64,000 bases of DNA from Anaeramoeba ignava BMAN (taxonomy: Eukaryota; Protista; Anaeramoebae), in contig JAPDFW010000089.1 in the NCBI GenBank assembly GCA_028826165.1, positions 1-64,000 of the forward strand, in the 5' to 3' direction. Every line of letters starts with the position of its first letter. Within the stretch, counting starts at the first letter, position 1. Under the pieces are notes generated by a model. The model worked only from the letters and a program-made list of their open reading frames with translations. It searched no databases and had not been told where the DNA came from. The translations under genes were made by a program, and so were the position numbers. Positions 10,903-24,222 of this stretch are shown piece after piece.

Positions 10903-13900
10903 ATGGAAAATCAAAAAGTTGAACAAAATGAAACAAAAACAAAACAAGAAGAAGAACAAGAAGAAAATAAATCAAAAGTAAATTAAAATTAAAATTAAAA
11001 TTAAAAATTAAAATTAAAATTAAAACTTTTTTTTTAATTTTTTATGCAAATAAAAAATACAACAGAATACTGAAACAGAAACAAATAATGAAACAAATAA
11101 TGAAACAGAAACAAATAATGAAACAAAAGAAGTAATTGGAGATGATTCTCTTTCTGCTGAATATGGAATTTATATTGTAATTTTAATATTAATTTTAACT
11201 TCAACTTTAATATTAACTTTAACTTTAATTTTAACTTTAACTTTAACTTTAACTTTAACTTTAACTTTAATTTTAACTTTAATTTTAATTTTAATTTTAA
11301 CTTTAACTTTAACTTTAACTTTAACTTTAACTTTAATTTTAATTTTAACTTTAACTTTAACTTTAACTTTAACTTTAACTTTAATTTTAACTTTAACTTT
11401 AACTTTAACTTTAACTTTAACTTTAACTTTAACTTTAACTTTAACTTTAATTTTAACTTTAATTTTAACTTTAATTTTAACTTTAACTTTAACTTTAATT
11501 TTAACTTTTAATTTTAACTTAATTTTTTAACTTTTTTTTAATTTTAACTTTAATTTTAACTTTAACTTTAACTTTACTTTTAACTTCATTTTAACTTTAA
11601 CTTTAACTTAACTTTAACTTTTTTTTTAATTTTAACTTATTTTAACTTTTAACTTTTTAACTTTTTTAATTTTGGTTTTTAAACTTTAACTTTAACTTTA
11701 CTTTAACTTTTTAATTTTAACTTTTAACTTTAATTTTAACTTTAACTTTAACTTTAATTTTAACTTTTAACTTTAACTTTAACTTTTTTTTTAATTTTAA
11801 CTTCTTTAACTTTTAACTTTAACTTTAACTTTAACTTTTAACTTTAATTTTAACTTTAACTTTAACTTTAACTTTAACTTTAACTTTAACTCAATTTTTA
11901 ACTTTAACTTTAACTTTAACTTTAACTCTTTAATTTAATTTAACTTTTAACTTTAATTTTAACTTTAACTTTAATTTTTTTTTTTAATTTTAGTTTTAAC
12001 TTTTAATTTTAATTGGTTTTAACTTTAATAACTTCAACTTTTTAATTTTAATTTAAGTTTTAAATTTTAACTTTAACTTTTACTTTAACTTTAATTTTTT
12101 TTTTTAAACTTTTAATTTTAACTTTTAACTTTTAACTTTTAACTTTAAACTTTTAATTTTACTTTTTTTAACTTTAACTTTAACTTTTAATTTTAACTTT
12201 AACTTTAACTTTAATTTTAACTTTTAACTTTTAACTTTAACTTAAACTTAACTTTAACTTTTAACTTTTAGTTTTTTAATTTAACTTTTTACTTTTTTAA
12301 CTTTACTTTAACTTTAATTTTAATTTTAAACTTTAATTTTAATTTTAATTTTTAAGTTTTAATTTTAACTTTTAACTTTAAAGTTTTTAACTTTAACTTT
12401 AACTTTAACTTAACTTTAATTTTAACTTTAACTTTAATTTTAACTTTTTTTTAATTATTAAACTTTAACTAATTTTAACTTTCAATTTTAATTAATTTAA
12501 ATTTTAACTTTAATTAACTAATTTAACTTTAACTTTTAAGAACTTTAATTAAAAAAAATTTTAAATTTTTTTTAACTTCTATTGGATTTTAAATTAAGTC
12601 TGTTAAAGTTTAAATGAAAAACAGAACTTAATCCAAATAAATTATACTTAATTTATGAAATTTAACTTTAATTTTTAAAAGAATAAATTTTTCTTCTTTA
12701 ATTTTAAGAAATGGATCCTTTAAAACCTTTAATCATTTAAACTTTTCCAATTTTAACTTTAACTTTAATTTTAACTTTTAATTTTAAATCCAAAAATTTT
12801 TTAATTTTAACTTTACTTTTAATATAACTTTAAACTTTAATTTAACTTTAACTTTAACTTTAACTATAAATATTAACTTTATTTTTAACTTTAACTTTAA
12901 TTTTAACTTTAACTTTAAATTTAAATTTATTTTTATTTTTAACTTCAATATTAATTATAAATTTAAAGGGTTATCTTCCTAATGGGATAACTGAAGAACA
13001 ATTAAAACAAAAATTTGAATCTATTGGACAAATTAAGTCTGTTAAAGTTATGAAAAACAGAACTAATCCAAATAAAATATATGGATTTATGAAATTTATA
13101 AATAAAGAATCAGTTCTTCTTGCTTTAGAAATGGATCCAAAACCATCATTTAAAGATCCAGAAACAGGAAGAATGTAAAAAATAGAAACCATAAATATAT
13201 ATATATAAATAAATATTTAATAATTTTATTATTATATAATTTTAGGAGAAGAGTTAAAATTAATTTAATTGATCCAAAAAATCGCCTTTTTATTGGGAAA
13301 ATACCAAAAGAATTTTCAGAAGATCAAGCAAAAGAAGAAGTAGAAAAAGTAGGTTCAGTTCCAGTTGCTGATTTTGAATTATCTCTTGATATTCAAGGAC
13401 GTTCTAAAGGATTTGGTTGGGCTGAATTTAAAAATCAAAAATTAGCATCAATATGTTTGAAAAATATAAGTCAAGCTTCAGTAATAAGAAGAACAAAAAT
13501 TGTAGCATCTTTTGCTGAAAGTAGAGTTTATGATCCTCGTATTTTGTAAATTATTTTAAATTAAATCATTTTAAATTAAATTATTTTAAATTAAATTATT
13601 TTAAATTTAATTAAATTATTTTAAATTAAATTAAATTATTTTAAATTAAATTATTTTAAATTAAATCATTTTAAATTAAATCATTTTAAATTAAATTAAA
13701 TCATTTTATTAGTCAAAAAGTTCGAACTATTTTTGTCAAACATCTTACAGTTAATTCAACAGAAACAAGTCTTTTTGATTTATTTGGAGGATCAGAAAAA
13801 GGAATTGAAAGTGTGAAAATACCATTAGATAAAACAACAAAAATACCCATTGGACATGCAATTATAAAATTTACAAACAAAAAAAATGCTACAGAAATAA

Positions 13901-15863
13901 TGGAGAAATTTCAATCATATGAACTTGATGGGAGAAAACTTAAAATTGAATGGTGTTTTCCACCAGGAACTCAACCAAATAAAAATCCTAATCAAATGAT
14001 GAATACAAATCAACCTCTAAATATGGATCAAATTTTACAAAAACCTCCAACATTAAATCAACCTTTATTGTTTCATCCTTATCAAAATATTATTGATGAT
14101 CCTTTTAAGCAAAATCAATTTATTCCACAAAATAATTCTCTTTTTTTGAATCAAAATCAATCTATATTTGCAGAAAAACAAAATCAAAGGTAAATTGATA
14201 GAAGAAAATTGATAAGAAATTGGCATTTGATTTTCAAACAAGTTTTGTTTGTTGTTTTCTTTGGAAATTCAGCAATGCTTCAATTTTTAAACTGAAAAAA
14301 AAAACATAACTTGAAATATTATTTATTATATTGAAAAATTATTTAAGAATAATTCAAATTCAATTTAAAATACTTTTTTATTTTTGGAAATTATTTCAAA
14401 TCAACTTAATTTGTTGAATCTTGTTATTTTTAAAATAGATCTATTTTTAATTTGAATTTTGAATATAAATATAAATATAAATATAAATATAAATATAATT
14501 ATAATTATAATTTTGAATATAAAATTTGAATTTAAATTTAATTATAAATTTAAATATAATTATAAATTTGAATATAATTATAAATTTGAATATAATTATA
14601 ATTTTGAATATAAATATAAATATAATTATAAATATAATTATAAATTTGAATATAATTATAAATTTGAATATAAATATAATTATAAATTTGAATATAATTA
14701 TAATTTTGAATATAAATATAAATATAATTATAAATATAATTATAAATTTGAATATAATTATAAATTTGAATATAATTTTGAATATAAATATAATTATAAT
14801 TATAAAATATAAATTTGAATATAATTATAATTTTGAATATAAATTTGAATATAATTATAATTTTAATTTTTAATTAAAATATCTTTAAATACTTTGTATC
14901 TAATATCTATTTTCTTTTTTAAAATTAACTTATTTAACTCAACAAAATTATTATCGCTTAACTACTTCTTCTAAATCATAACAAAAATGGTTATATTATC
15001 TATATTGAAACAAAACATCAATTTTTCCATCTTTTTTATATGTATCAAATCCTTTATCATTTAAAAATTTGTGAAAAATATGAAAAATACATTTATTTTT
15101 GCAAAAATGATATAATATAATATCATAACATTTCATCTCAAAATATGGAACTATAATTGAAAAAAAACAATGATAACTTAATAGAAATGCACAATTTAGT
15201 TCACATAATAAATTTGGTGATAAAAATCATAGAAATAATTTTCGTAAAAATCAATCATATTCTCCTCTGAAAAATGGCATTCCACAATATCAAAAAAATT
15301 ATCCAAATCCAATAATTCCAAACACAAACATACAATTACAAGCACTTACACAACAAACATTAACACCAAATTTCAACTATCCACAATTACAAAATTTACC
15401 AAATTTTCTTCAACCACAATTACCAACAAATCCAAATCCAAATCCAAATCCACAAAATATAAGAAATCCACAAGTTGGATTAGGAAATTATGACACAACA
15501 AATTTTCCACAAAATTATCAATCCAAAATGAATTCACAACAAAATCCACAAAATCAAATTCCTCAATTACAACCTCAATTACAACAATTACAACAATTAC
15601 AACAATTACAAATGCTACAACAACAATTACAAACACAATTACAACCTCAATTACAACCTCAATTACAATCTCAATTACAACCTCAATTACAACCTCAATT
15701 ACAACAATTACAACAATTACAACAATTACAAAATTTACAACAACAATTACAAAATTTTCAACAACAAAACCCTCAACAACAACAACAACAACAACAACAA
15801 CAACCAAATTATCCATTTCAAAAACAAAATTATTATCAACAAAATCAATTTAATCAAAAATAA
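10903..15863 (+). CDS. hnRNP R/Q (SYNCRIP)-like protein, three RRMs plus Q/P/L-rich tail; exons 10903-10977, 11066-11176, 12969-13174, 13246-13545, 13713-14189, 15185-15863
   Basis: RRM1 IYI|[12 protein letters not shown]...KIYGFMKF; RRM2 [11 protein letters not shown]...[10 protein letters not shown]; RRM3 [11 protein letters not shown]; linkers resemble hnRNP R/Q; junctions GT-AG and in frame. Confidence 0.8.
11177..12968 (+). repeat. 1.8-kb intron made of (TTTAAC)n/(TTTAAT)n hexamers
   Basis: Direct observation; GT at 11177, AG at 12968. Confidence 0.9.
14455..14875. repeat. Intronic 18-bp repeat (TATAATTATAAATTTGAA)n
   Basis: Direct observation within intron 14190-15184. Confidence 0.85.
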
Positions 15864-16147
15864 AAACAGAATTGATTTTCCATTTTTTTTCAATTTTAAA
15901 AACAAAAATCCAAAAAAAAAAGATCAATAAAAGAAAGAAAAAGAAAAAGAAAAAGAATTCAATTATTTTTATTTTTTTACAAAATCATTTTTTCATTTTT
16001 CTTCTTTTTTTTTTTCTTTATTCAAATTTTTTTTTTTGGTTTATTTTTCTCTTTTTATTTTAAACACAAAAAACCAAAAAAGAAAAAGAAAACAAAAGAA
16101 AAACAAAAAGAAAACAAAAACAATTCAAAAAACAATTCAAAAAAAAA

Positions 16148-19100
16148 ATGAATAAAATAAAATTATTTGAAAGATTTTATATACTTTCATTAAAAAAATA
16201 TTCTCAAAATTCATTAATAAATACATCAAAAGAAATTTCAAAATTTGTTTCAATTCCATTTAGTTTTCCATCAATTCAAAAAGATGATTTTAGAGAAAAA
16301 ATAAAACCATTTTGTTTTCCAGATGCTTCAACAATTAAAACTGAACAAAATTCAACGTAAATTTTTTAGTTCTTATTCTTCTTATTCTTCTTATTTTTAA
16401 TTTAAATTAAAAAAATTTTTTTTTTTGATTTTTTTCAAAAGTGAAAATTTTACTTTTGTTCTTACTGAAGGATTGGGTGTTAGAACTTATGGAATTTCAA
16501 GAAGACTCCTCAAAAAAGATTCTCAAAAAATAGAATGTTTAACTTTTATAACAAAATTGTAAAATAAAAAATAAAAAACAAAAATAAAAAACAAAAATTT
16601 CTTTTAAAAAATCATTTATTTTTTGATTAATTTTTTTTAATTATTTTTTTTTTAGTCCTTTGTTTAATTTTTTTTATCAAATTTTGGAAAAAGTTGAATT
16701 AAAAAAAAATATTGATTCTTCTTCAATGGTTTCTTTTGTTAAAATGTTATATCAAAAAAAAATTCCAAAACCTGGTGATACTTTAAAATTAGTTCTTCCT
16801 GAAACACAAACACTTCCTCAACAAGATATTTCAATTAAAAGATTAGATACTTTACTTGGAGATGTAAACATTTCCAATCAAAATCAAAATTTAAAATCAA
16901 AATTAAAATTCAAAATTCAAATTCAAATTAAAATTCAAATTAAAATTCGAATTAAAATTAAAATTCAAATTAAAATTTAAATTAAAATTAAAATCAAAAT
17001 TAAAATCAAAATTAAATTAAAATTAAAATTCAAATTCAATTTCAAAATTAAAATTAAAATTAAAATTAAAAATTAAATTAAAATTCAAAATTCAAATTCA
17101 AAATTCAAAATTAAATCAAAAATCAAATTCAAAATTAAATTCAAATTCAAAATTAAAATTTAAATCAAAATTCAAAATTCAAATTAAAATTAAAATTCAA
17201 AATCAATTCAATTTAAAATTCAAATTCAAATTAAAATTAAATTCAAATTCAAATTCAAATTAAAATTAAATTAAAATTAAAATTAAAATTAAAATTAAAA
17301 TTAAAATTAAATTAAAATTCTTTTTATCCAATAGTATAATCTTTATACTATTTTCTCAGTACTTGATTCAAGATTGATATTATGTTTATTTTCATCATTG
17401 TTATTTGAAAGAAGAATTATTTTTACATCATCAAGTTTAGGAGCAATATCAAATACAATACTTGCATCTATTGCATTATTACAACCATTTCAATGGCATG
17501 TAAGAAAAATATTTAAAATAAAATATTTAAATAAAATGTTTAAAATAAAATATTTAAAATAAAATATTTAAAATAAAATATTTAAAATAAAATATTTAAA
17601 ATAAAATATTTAAAATAAAATATTTAAAATAAAATATTTAAAATAAAATATTTAAAATAAAATATTTAAAATAAAATATTTAAAATAAAATATTTAAAAT
17701 ATTTAAAATAAAGTATTTAAATAAAATAATATTTAAAATAATATTTAAATTAAATAATATTTAAATAAAATAATATTTAAATTAAATAATATTTAAATAA
17801 AATAATATTTAAATTAAATAATATTTAAATAAAATAATATTTAAATTAAATAATATTTAAATAAAATAATATTTAAATTAAATAATATTTAAATAAAATA
17901 ATATTTAAAATAATATTTAGCATATCTTTATCCCAATTCTCCCAGAAACTTTAATTGATACAGCATGTTCTCCTATGCCAATAATTACAGGAATACATAA
18001 TTCATTACTCCCAATACTTGAAACTCTTCCATTAGATGAAGTAGTAGTTGTAGATTTAGATAACAATTCAATCGAATTTGATCCTGCAGATATTGCATTA
18101 ATTCCAACACATAGAGCAACAAAATTAATAAGAACAATGAAAAAACAACAATCCCTTTTAAGAAGTATAAATGAATTAAATTCAATTATAATTATTCATT
18201 TAAAATTTAATTATAATTATTCATTTAAAATTTAATTATAATTATTCATTTAAAATCCAATTATAATTATTCAATTAAATTTAATTATAATTATTCATTT
18301 AAAATTTAATTATAATTATTCATTTAATTATAATTATTCATTTAAAATTTAATTATAATTATTCATTTTAAATTCAATTATAATTATTCATTTAAAATCC
18401 AATTATAATTATTCAATTAAATTTAATTATAATTATTCATTTAAAATTTAATTATAATTATTCATTTAAAATTCAATTATAATTATTCATTTAAAATCCA
18501 ATTATAATTATTCATTTAAAATTTAATTATAATTATTCATTTAAAATCCAATTATAATTATTCATTTAAATTTAATTATAATTATTCATTTAAAATTTAA
18601 TTATAATTATTCATTTAAAAATTTAATTATAATTATTTAAAAAATTATAATTCATTTAAAATTTAATTATAATTATTCATTTAAAATTTAATTATAATTA
18701 TTCAATTAAATTCATTTAAAATTTAATTATAATTATTCAATTAAATTCGTATTTAAAATTTAATTATAATTATTCATTTAAAATTCAATTATCATTTTAT
18801 TAAAATTTTTGGAGATTATTCTTTTTTTATGAAATTTAATGAACAAACAAAATCTTTTGAATTTGATTTCGAATCATTTAGTTCTTCAAAACAAAAAGCA
18901 ACAAAAAAAGTAAATAATTGAAGAATAATTTCATTTCAAAAAGAAAAATTAATAATAAAAATAATAACAGTTTTTAGATGCTTTTCAACACACACAAATG
19001 TTTGAGGTTTGGTGTAGAGAACGAGAAATTATGGCTAATGGAGGAGAATTTTCCGAAAATGATACATTTGAAACAAGATTATCCGATCCAACAACAACAT

Positions 19101-20731
19101 CAACAACACCAACAACATCAACAGAAAAACAACAAGGAAAATCTTTTGGATTTTTTTCCAAAAAGAAAAATAAGAAACCAAATGAAGATCAACAAAAAAC
19201 AAACGGAAATCAAATAGAACAAGATGGACAAACCAAAAAAAGTTTCAAAACAAAAATCAAAGACAAAATCAAAAGTATAACATCAAAGAAAAACAAAAAG
19301 AAAACAGAAACAGAAACAGAAAAAGAAAATAAAAGCATTGAAAATGCACAAATAGATAGTAATGAAAATAAGCAAATGCGCCATCCACAAAACTATCATA
19401 TAAACTCACAATTATATGAATCTGAGCCAATAAGCCAAAATAAAAATATCATCCAAAAATCTGTTAGTGTTGATAAAGCAATTGCAATTTTTAATAGCGT
19501 TACTAATGATTCAACTTCAACAAATAATACACTTTCTCAATATTTACAAAATAAAAGATTTTCGGTTGAAAGAAACAAGCAAAATTATAAAAAAGAAAAG
19601 GAAGAAGCGGATGAAAAAGAGTTTTTACTTGAAATGAAAGATTTTTTAATTCATCCAAAAAACAAAAGATGGACAAGCACAAGAAAATCTACAAATTTAA
19701 ATCAAAACAAATTGCAAATCCCTAATTTTGTTGGAAATGGAAATGGGATTCAGGATGCAAATGCAATCGGCAACCAAGGCCCGCGTTTTACATCCCAATT
19801 TACTAAAAAAGAATATGATTCACTTCGAGTAAATGCAAGAAATGAATTAATTTCAAAATTCGAATCTTTGATCCAAAATTCCAAGTTGGAAAGTGAAACA
19901 TCACATGTTCCTCGTGAAAAAAACACAAAATCTCAAAACAAAATACAAAAAAATTCAGCTCATCTCCCTCAAAATGAAAATGACAGAAAAAGAAGTTTTA
20001 CTAAGGATTTCGAAAATACTTCAAATCAACAAACAAGAAAATTATCAAATCCTCAAAATAAACCGTTTTCTATTAAAAAATCACAAAATGAAAAACAACC
20101 GCAAAATTCAGAATCAAAATCACATTTTTTAACAAGAAAATCACCAAATCAAAATTTTCATCAAAACAAAAATCGCAGTGATTTTTCTCAAACAAACGAA
20201 GTATTTCCACAAACAAATCATCAAGAATATTCAGAATATCAGAATTATCAACAAAATAATCAACAACCACCACCTTTACCAAAAAAGAACTCACTTTCTC
20301 ATCCTTCAAACATAAAAAACTCAAAACCTCCTCTTCCAAAAAGAACAAGTTCCAAAAAAAGAGCACCAACTCCAGAACCAAAAAAAACCCCTTCTTTTCT
20401 ATCAAATCAATTATCTTCCTTCTCAAAAGATTCAAAATCTTCAACTTCTCCTCAATTTCCTAAAAATTCTCAATCGGATTTTATTTCTAATCAAAATAAA
20501 TCATCTCAAATTCCAAAATTCCCAAAACCTCAAAAACCTCAACAAAATTCAAATCAATATCATGAAAATTCCAAGAAAGATCCATTTCCTTCTGATAATT
20601 CTTTTACTTTTCAAAATAATCAAATTGTTTCTCCAAAAAAACCGTTACCAAAAATTCCTTTCCAAAAAACAAATTTTTCAAATCAATCAAAATTAAATTC
20701 TAATTCTAATTCTAATTCTAATTATAATTAA
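16148..20731 (+). CDS. DENN-domain Rab GEF (DENND1/2-like) with long low-complexity proline-rich tail; exons ~16148-16356, 16442-16558, 16656-16863, 17335-17499, 17921-18164, ~18790-18909, 18971-20731
   Basis: uDENN IKPFCFPD, ENFTFVLTEGLGVRTYG; cDENN SLLFERRIIF...LLQPFQWH|HIFIPILP...CSPMPIITGIH; dDENN IFGDY...FLDAFQHTQMFEVW; PPPLPKK motifs; acceptor of exon 6 uncertain. Confidence 0.85.
17500..17920 (+). repeat. DENN intron with 14-bp (TATTTAAAATAAAA) then 16-bp (TAATATTTAAATAAAA) arrays
   Basis: Direct observation. Confidence 0.85.
18175..18790 (+). repeat. DENN intron with 25-bp repeat (AATTATAATTATTCATTTAAAATTT)n
   Basis: Direct observation. Confidence 0.85.
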
Positions 20732-20915
20732 TTAATTGATTGAAAATTATATCAAAGAAAAAAGAATTTCTTTTCACTTTTCACTTTTTTTATTTGATCA
20801 TAAAAAATGTTTTTTTTTTATTATTTTTTTTTCTTTTTCTTTTTAAAAAAATTAAAATTAAAATTAAAAAATAAAAATTTTTTTTTTTTTCATTTTTTTT
20901 AATTTAATTTTAATA

Positions 20916-23900
20916 ATGGAACTTATTTATTATGAAATGGTTGAAAATGAATCTGAAAAAACAAATGAAAAAGATTCAAAAAGAATTAATGAAATGATTT
21001 CTTCTTTTTTATCTTCAACTCCTTCAGTTATTTATGATGTTAATAAGATTAAAAGGTTTTAAAAATAATAAAAACAAATTTATAAAAAAATTTATAAAAA
21101 AATTTTCGATTTTTTTATAAATAAAAAAAGGTGGACTCAACAAAAAAGAATTATTAGATTAAATCCTGTTGGAATATTAATAATTAAACCAAGAAAACAA
21201 AAGAAAAATAAAAATAAAAAGAAAAAAATAAAAAATAAAAATAAAAATAAAAAATCAAAACAAAAAAATCAAAAACAATCGAAGAAATTTCTTAATTTAT
21301 GTGATGAAGAAGATTTAAAATATGGAAAAATCAAAAATATATTTTTTTATTTAGAAATACAAAGACTGAAAATTGTTGATTTAACAACTTTTATTATTTT
21401 TGTTAAGAATTCTCATTTCTATAAATTTTCATCAGATATTTCAATTATGATTGTTCAAGAAATATCTAGTAGATGTCAAGCTAAATATTTTCTTTTTAAT
21501 ATGTGGAATCATTTAATTTTTAAAAATGAATATTATTTTAAGAAATGTCAAGACAAAGAACCAGAAACAACTCAATATCTTGGTTCTAATACTCAAAATG
21601 AAAATCAAAATGAAAATGAAAATGAAAATGAAAATCAAAATCAAAATAAATCAAAATGAAAATCAAAATGAAAATGAAAATGAAAATATAAATCAAAATG
21701 AAAATATAAATCAAAATGAAAATGAAAATCAAAATCAAAATATAAATCAAAATCAAAATCAAAATCAAAATCAAAATCAAAATGAAAATGAAAATATAAA
21801 TCAAAATGAAAATGAAAATATAAATCAAAATCAAAATCAAAATCGAAATCAAAATCAAAATCAAAATCAAAATAAAAAATCAAAATCGAAATCAAAATCA
21901 AAATCAAAATCAAAATCAAAATCAAAATCAAAAATCAAAATATAAAAATCAAAATCAAAATCAAAATCAAAATGAAAATCAAAATGAAAATGAAAATCAA
22001 AATCAAAATCAAAATCAAAATCAAAATCAAAATGAAAATCAAAATGAAAATGAAAATCAAAATCAAAATCAAAATCAAAATCAAAATGAAAATCAAAATC
22101 AAAATCAAAATGAAAATGAAAATGAAAATCAAAATCAAAATCAAAATCAAAATGAAAATCAAAATGAAAATCAAAATGAAAATCAAAATCAAAATCAAAA
22201 TGAAAATATAAATCAAAATCAAAATCAAAATCAAAATGAAAATATAAATCAAAATATAAATCAAAACCAAAAATCAAAAATAAAAAAATGAAAATCAAAA
22301 ATCAAAAATCAAAATCAAAATCAAAATCAAAATCAAAATCAAAATCAAAAATCAAAATATAAATCAAAATGAAAAATCAAAATATAAATCAAAATATAAA
22401 TCAAAAATCAAAATCAAAATCAAATCAAAATGAAAATCAAAATCAAAATCAAAATCAAAATGAAAATCAAAATCAAAATATAAATCAAAATGAAAATCAA
22501 AATCAAAATCAAAATCAAAATCAAAATCAAAATCAAAATCAAAATCAAAATCAAAATCAAAATCAAAATCAAAATGAAAATGAAAATCAAAATCAAAATC
22601 AAAATCAAAATCAAAATCAAAATCAAAATCAAAATCAAAATCAAAATGAAAATAAAAATCAAAATGAAAATCAAAATCAAAATCAAAATGAAATCAAAAA
22701 ATCAAAATGAAAATGAAAATGAAAATATCAAATGAAAATACAAATCAAAATCAAAATCAAAATCAAAATAAAAATCAAAATAAAAATCAAAATACAAATC
22801 AAAATCAAAATCAAAATCAAAATCAAAATCAAAATCAAAATCAAAATCAAAAATCAAAATAAAAATCAAAATCAAAATGAAAATGAAAAATCAAAATGAA
22901 AAATGAAAATGAAAATAAATCAAAATCAAAATGAAAATAAAAATGAAATATAAATCAAAATCAAAATATAAATCAAAAAAATCAAAAAAATGAAAATCAA
23001 AATAAAAATCAAAATGAAAATCAAAATCAAAAATCAAAATCAAAATCAAAATCAAAATCAAAATCAAAATCAAAATCAAAATCAAAATCAAAATCAAAAT
23101 CAAAATCAAAATCAAAATCAAAATCAAAATCAAAATCAAAATCAAAATCAAAATATAAATCAAAATAAAAATCAAAATCAAAATAATCGAAATCGAAATC
23201 AGTTTCAAAACGAAAATGTAAAAAATGAAAATAATTTAAATAATATAACAAATAATTCACCACCGATTCTATTCTCTTTTCTTTCAAATCAATCCTATGA
23301 CAAAAAGACATTAACACAAAATTATGGGAAAATATCCGAAGCTGAATTTTTATTACCATGCACAATGAAACTTAGTAAATTCAGAGGATTAACATTTTCA
23401 GATATCCACAATGAAAATAAAATTATCCAATTTATATATTCTACAAAAAAAGAAGAAATTCAAGAATTCATTCGAAATTTAAAAAAAAAGGGAATTCAAA
23501 TAGATAATTTACAAACAAATCTAATAAGAACAAAAATAGACAAATTAAAAGAAGATATTTATCTAAAAATACAACAAAATGTCAACAGAGAAAGACTTAA
23601 TTTGCAAACAGACGAAGAAAGACAAAGAATAAATTATTGTATTGAAGAACAATTAGAAAAAATAATCATCACACCATTTTATAAAACAATCATTTCATCA
23701 ATAACTTCAAGAGTAAAAAAAGAAGAAGAAGAAATTCAAAAAAATTTGAAAAATCTTAGTAAACAAAAAATTGAGCATTTTGGAATTTCTAAGCATCTTA
23801 ATAACATTGATTGGACAATTCCTATTAAAATCATAAATGGAATATCTATTTGTAAATATCCCTTTGAATTACTGAACATTATAATCAATACTTCATTCAG

Positions 23901-24150
23901 CATTTATGAAACAATAGAAAGACAAATTAGAAATCGACCCAAAATTTTGAATCAACAATTAATTGCTGGAGATGATTTTCTTTCTATATTTGTATTCATT
24001 TTAACAAAAACTCATTCAGATTCTTTAAAAACATTTGAGGATTATTTAATCAATTACGGTGATCCACTTGAACTTTCAACAGAATCTGGTTATTATTTAA
24101 CTACTTTTTGTTCTGCTCTTGAATTTATCAAAATCAATCCAAATATTTGA
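20916..24150 (+). CDS. VPS9-domain Rab5-family GEF with N-terminal PH-like region and very long NQ/NE tract; exons 20916-21055, 21131-24150 (frame slips in tract)
   Basis: C-terminal AGDDFLSIFVFILTK...STESGYYLTTFCSALEFI matches the VPS9 pattern; exons 1 and 2 join in frame (KIKR|WTQQKRIIRLNPVGI). Confidence 0.78.
21592..23200 (+). repeat. ~1.6-kb (CAAAAT/GAAAAT)n microsatellite, apparently exonic
   Basis: Direct observation; no GT...AG pair seen to excise it. Confidence 0.85.
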
Positions 24151-24222
24151 TTTTTCTGTTTTTTTTTTTTTTTTACAATAAAAATCGAAAAATTTTTTTT
24201 TTCATTTTTTCTTTCATTTTAA

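Noticed and set aside
11177-12968. (TTTAAC)n as an interstitial telomere
   Set aside because: Mixed with TTTAAT, bounded by frame-preserving GT/AG, lacks G-runs, and fits the intron-expansion pattern
1319-24150. Alsin split into neighbouring RCC1, DH-PH-MORN and VPS9 genes
   Set aside because: Strands and order are incompatible, unrelated genes intervene, and each gene has its own partner domains
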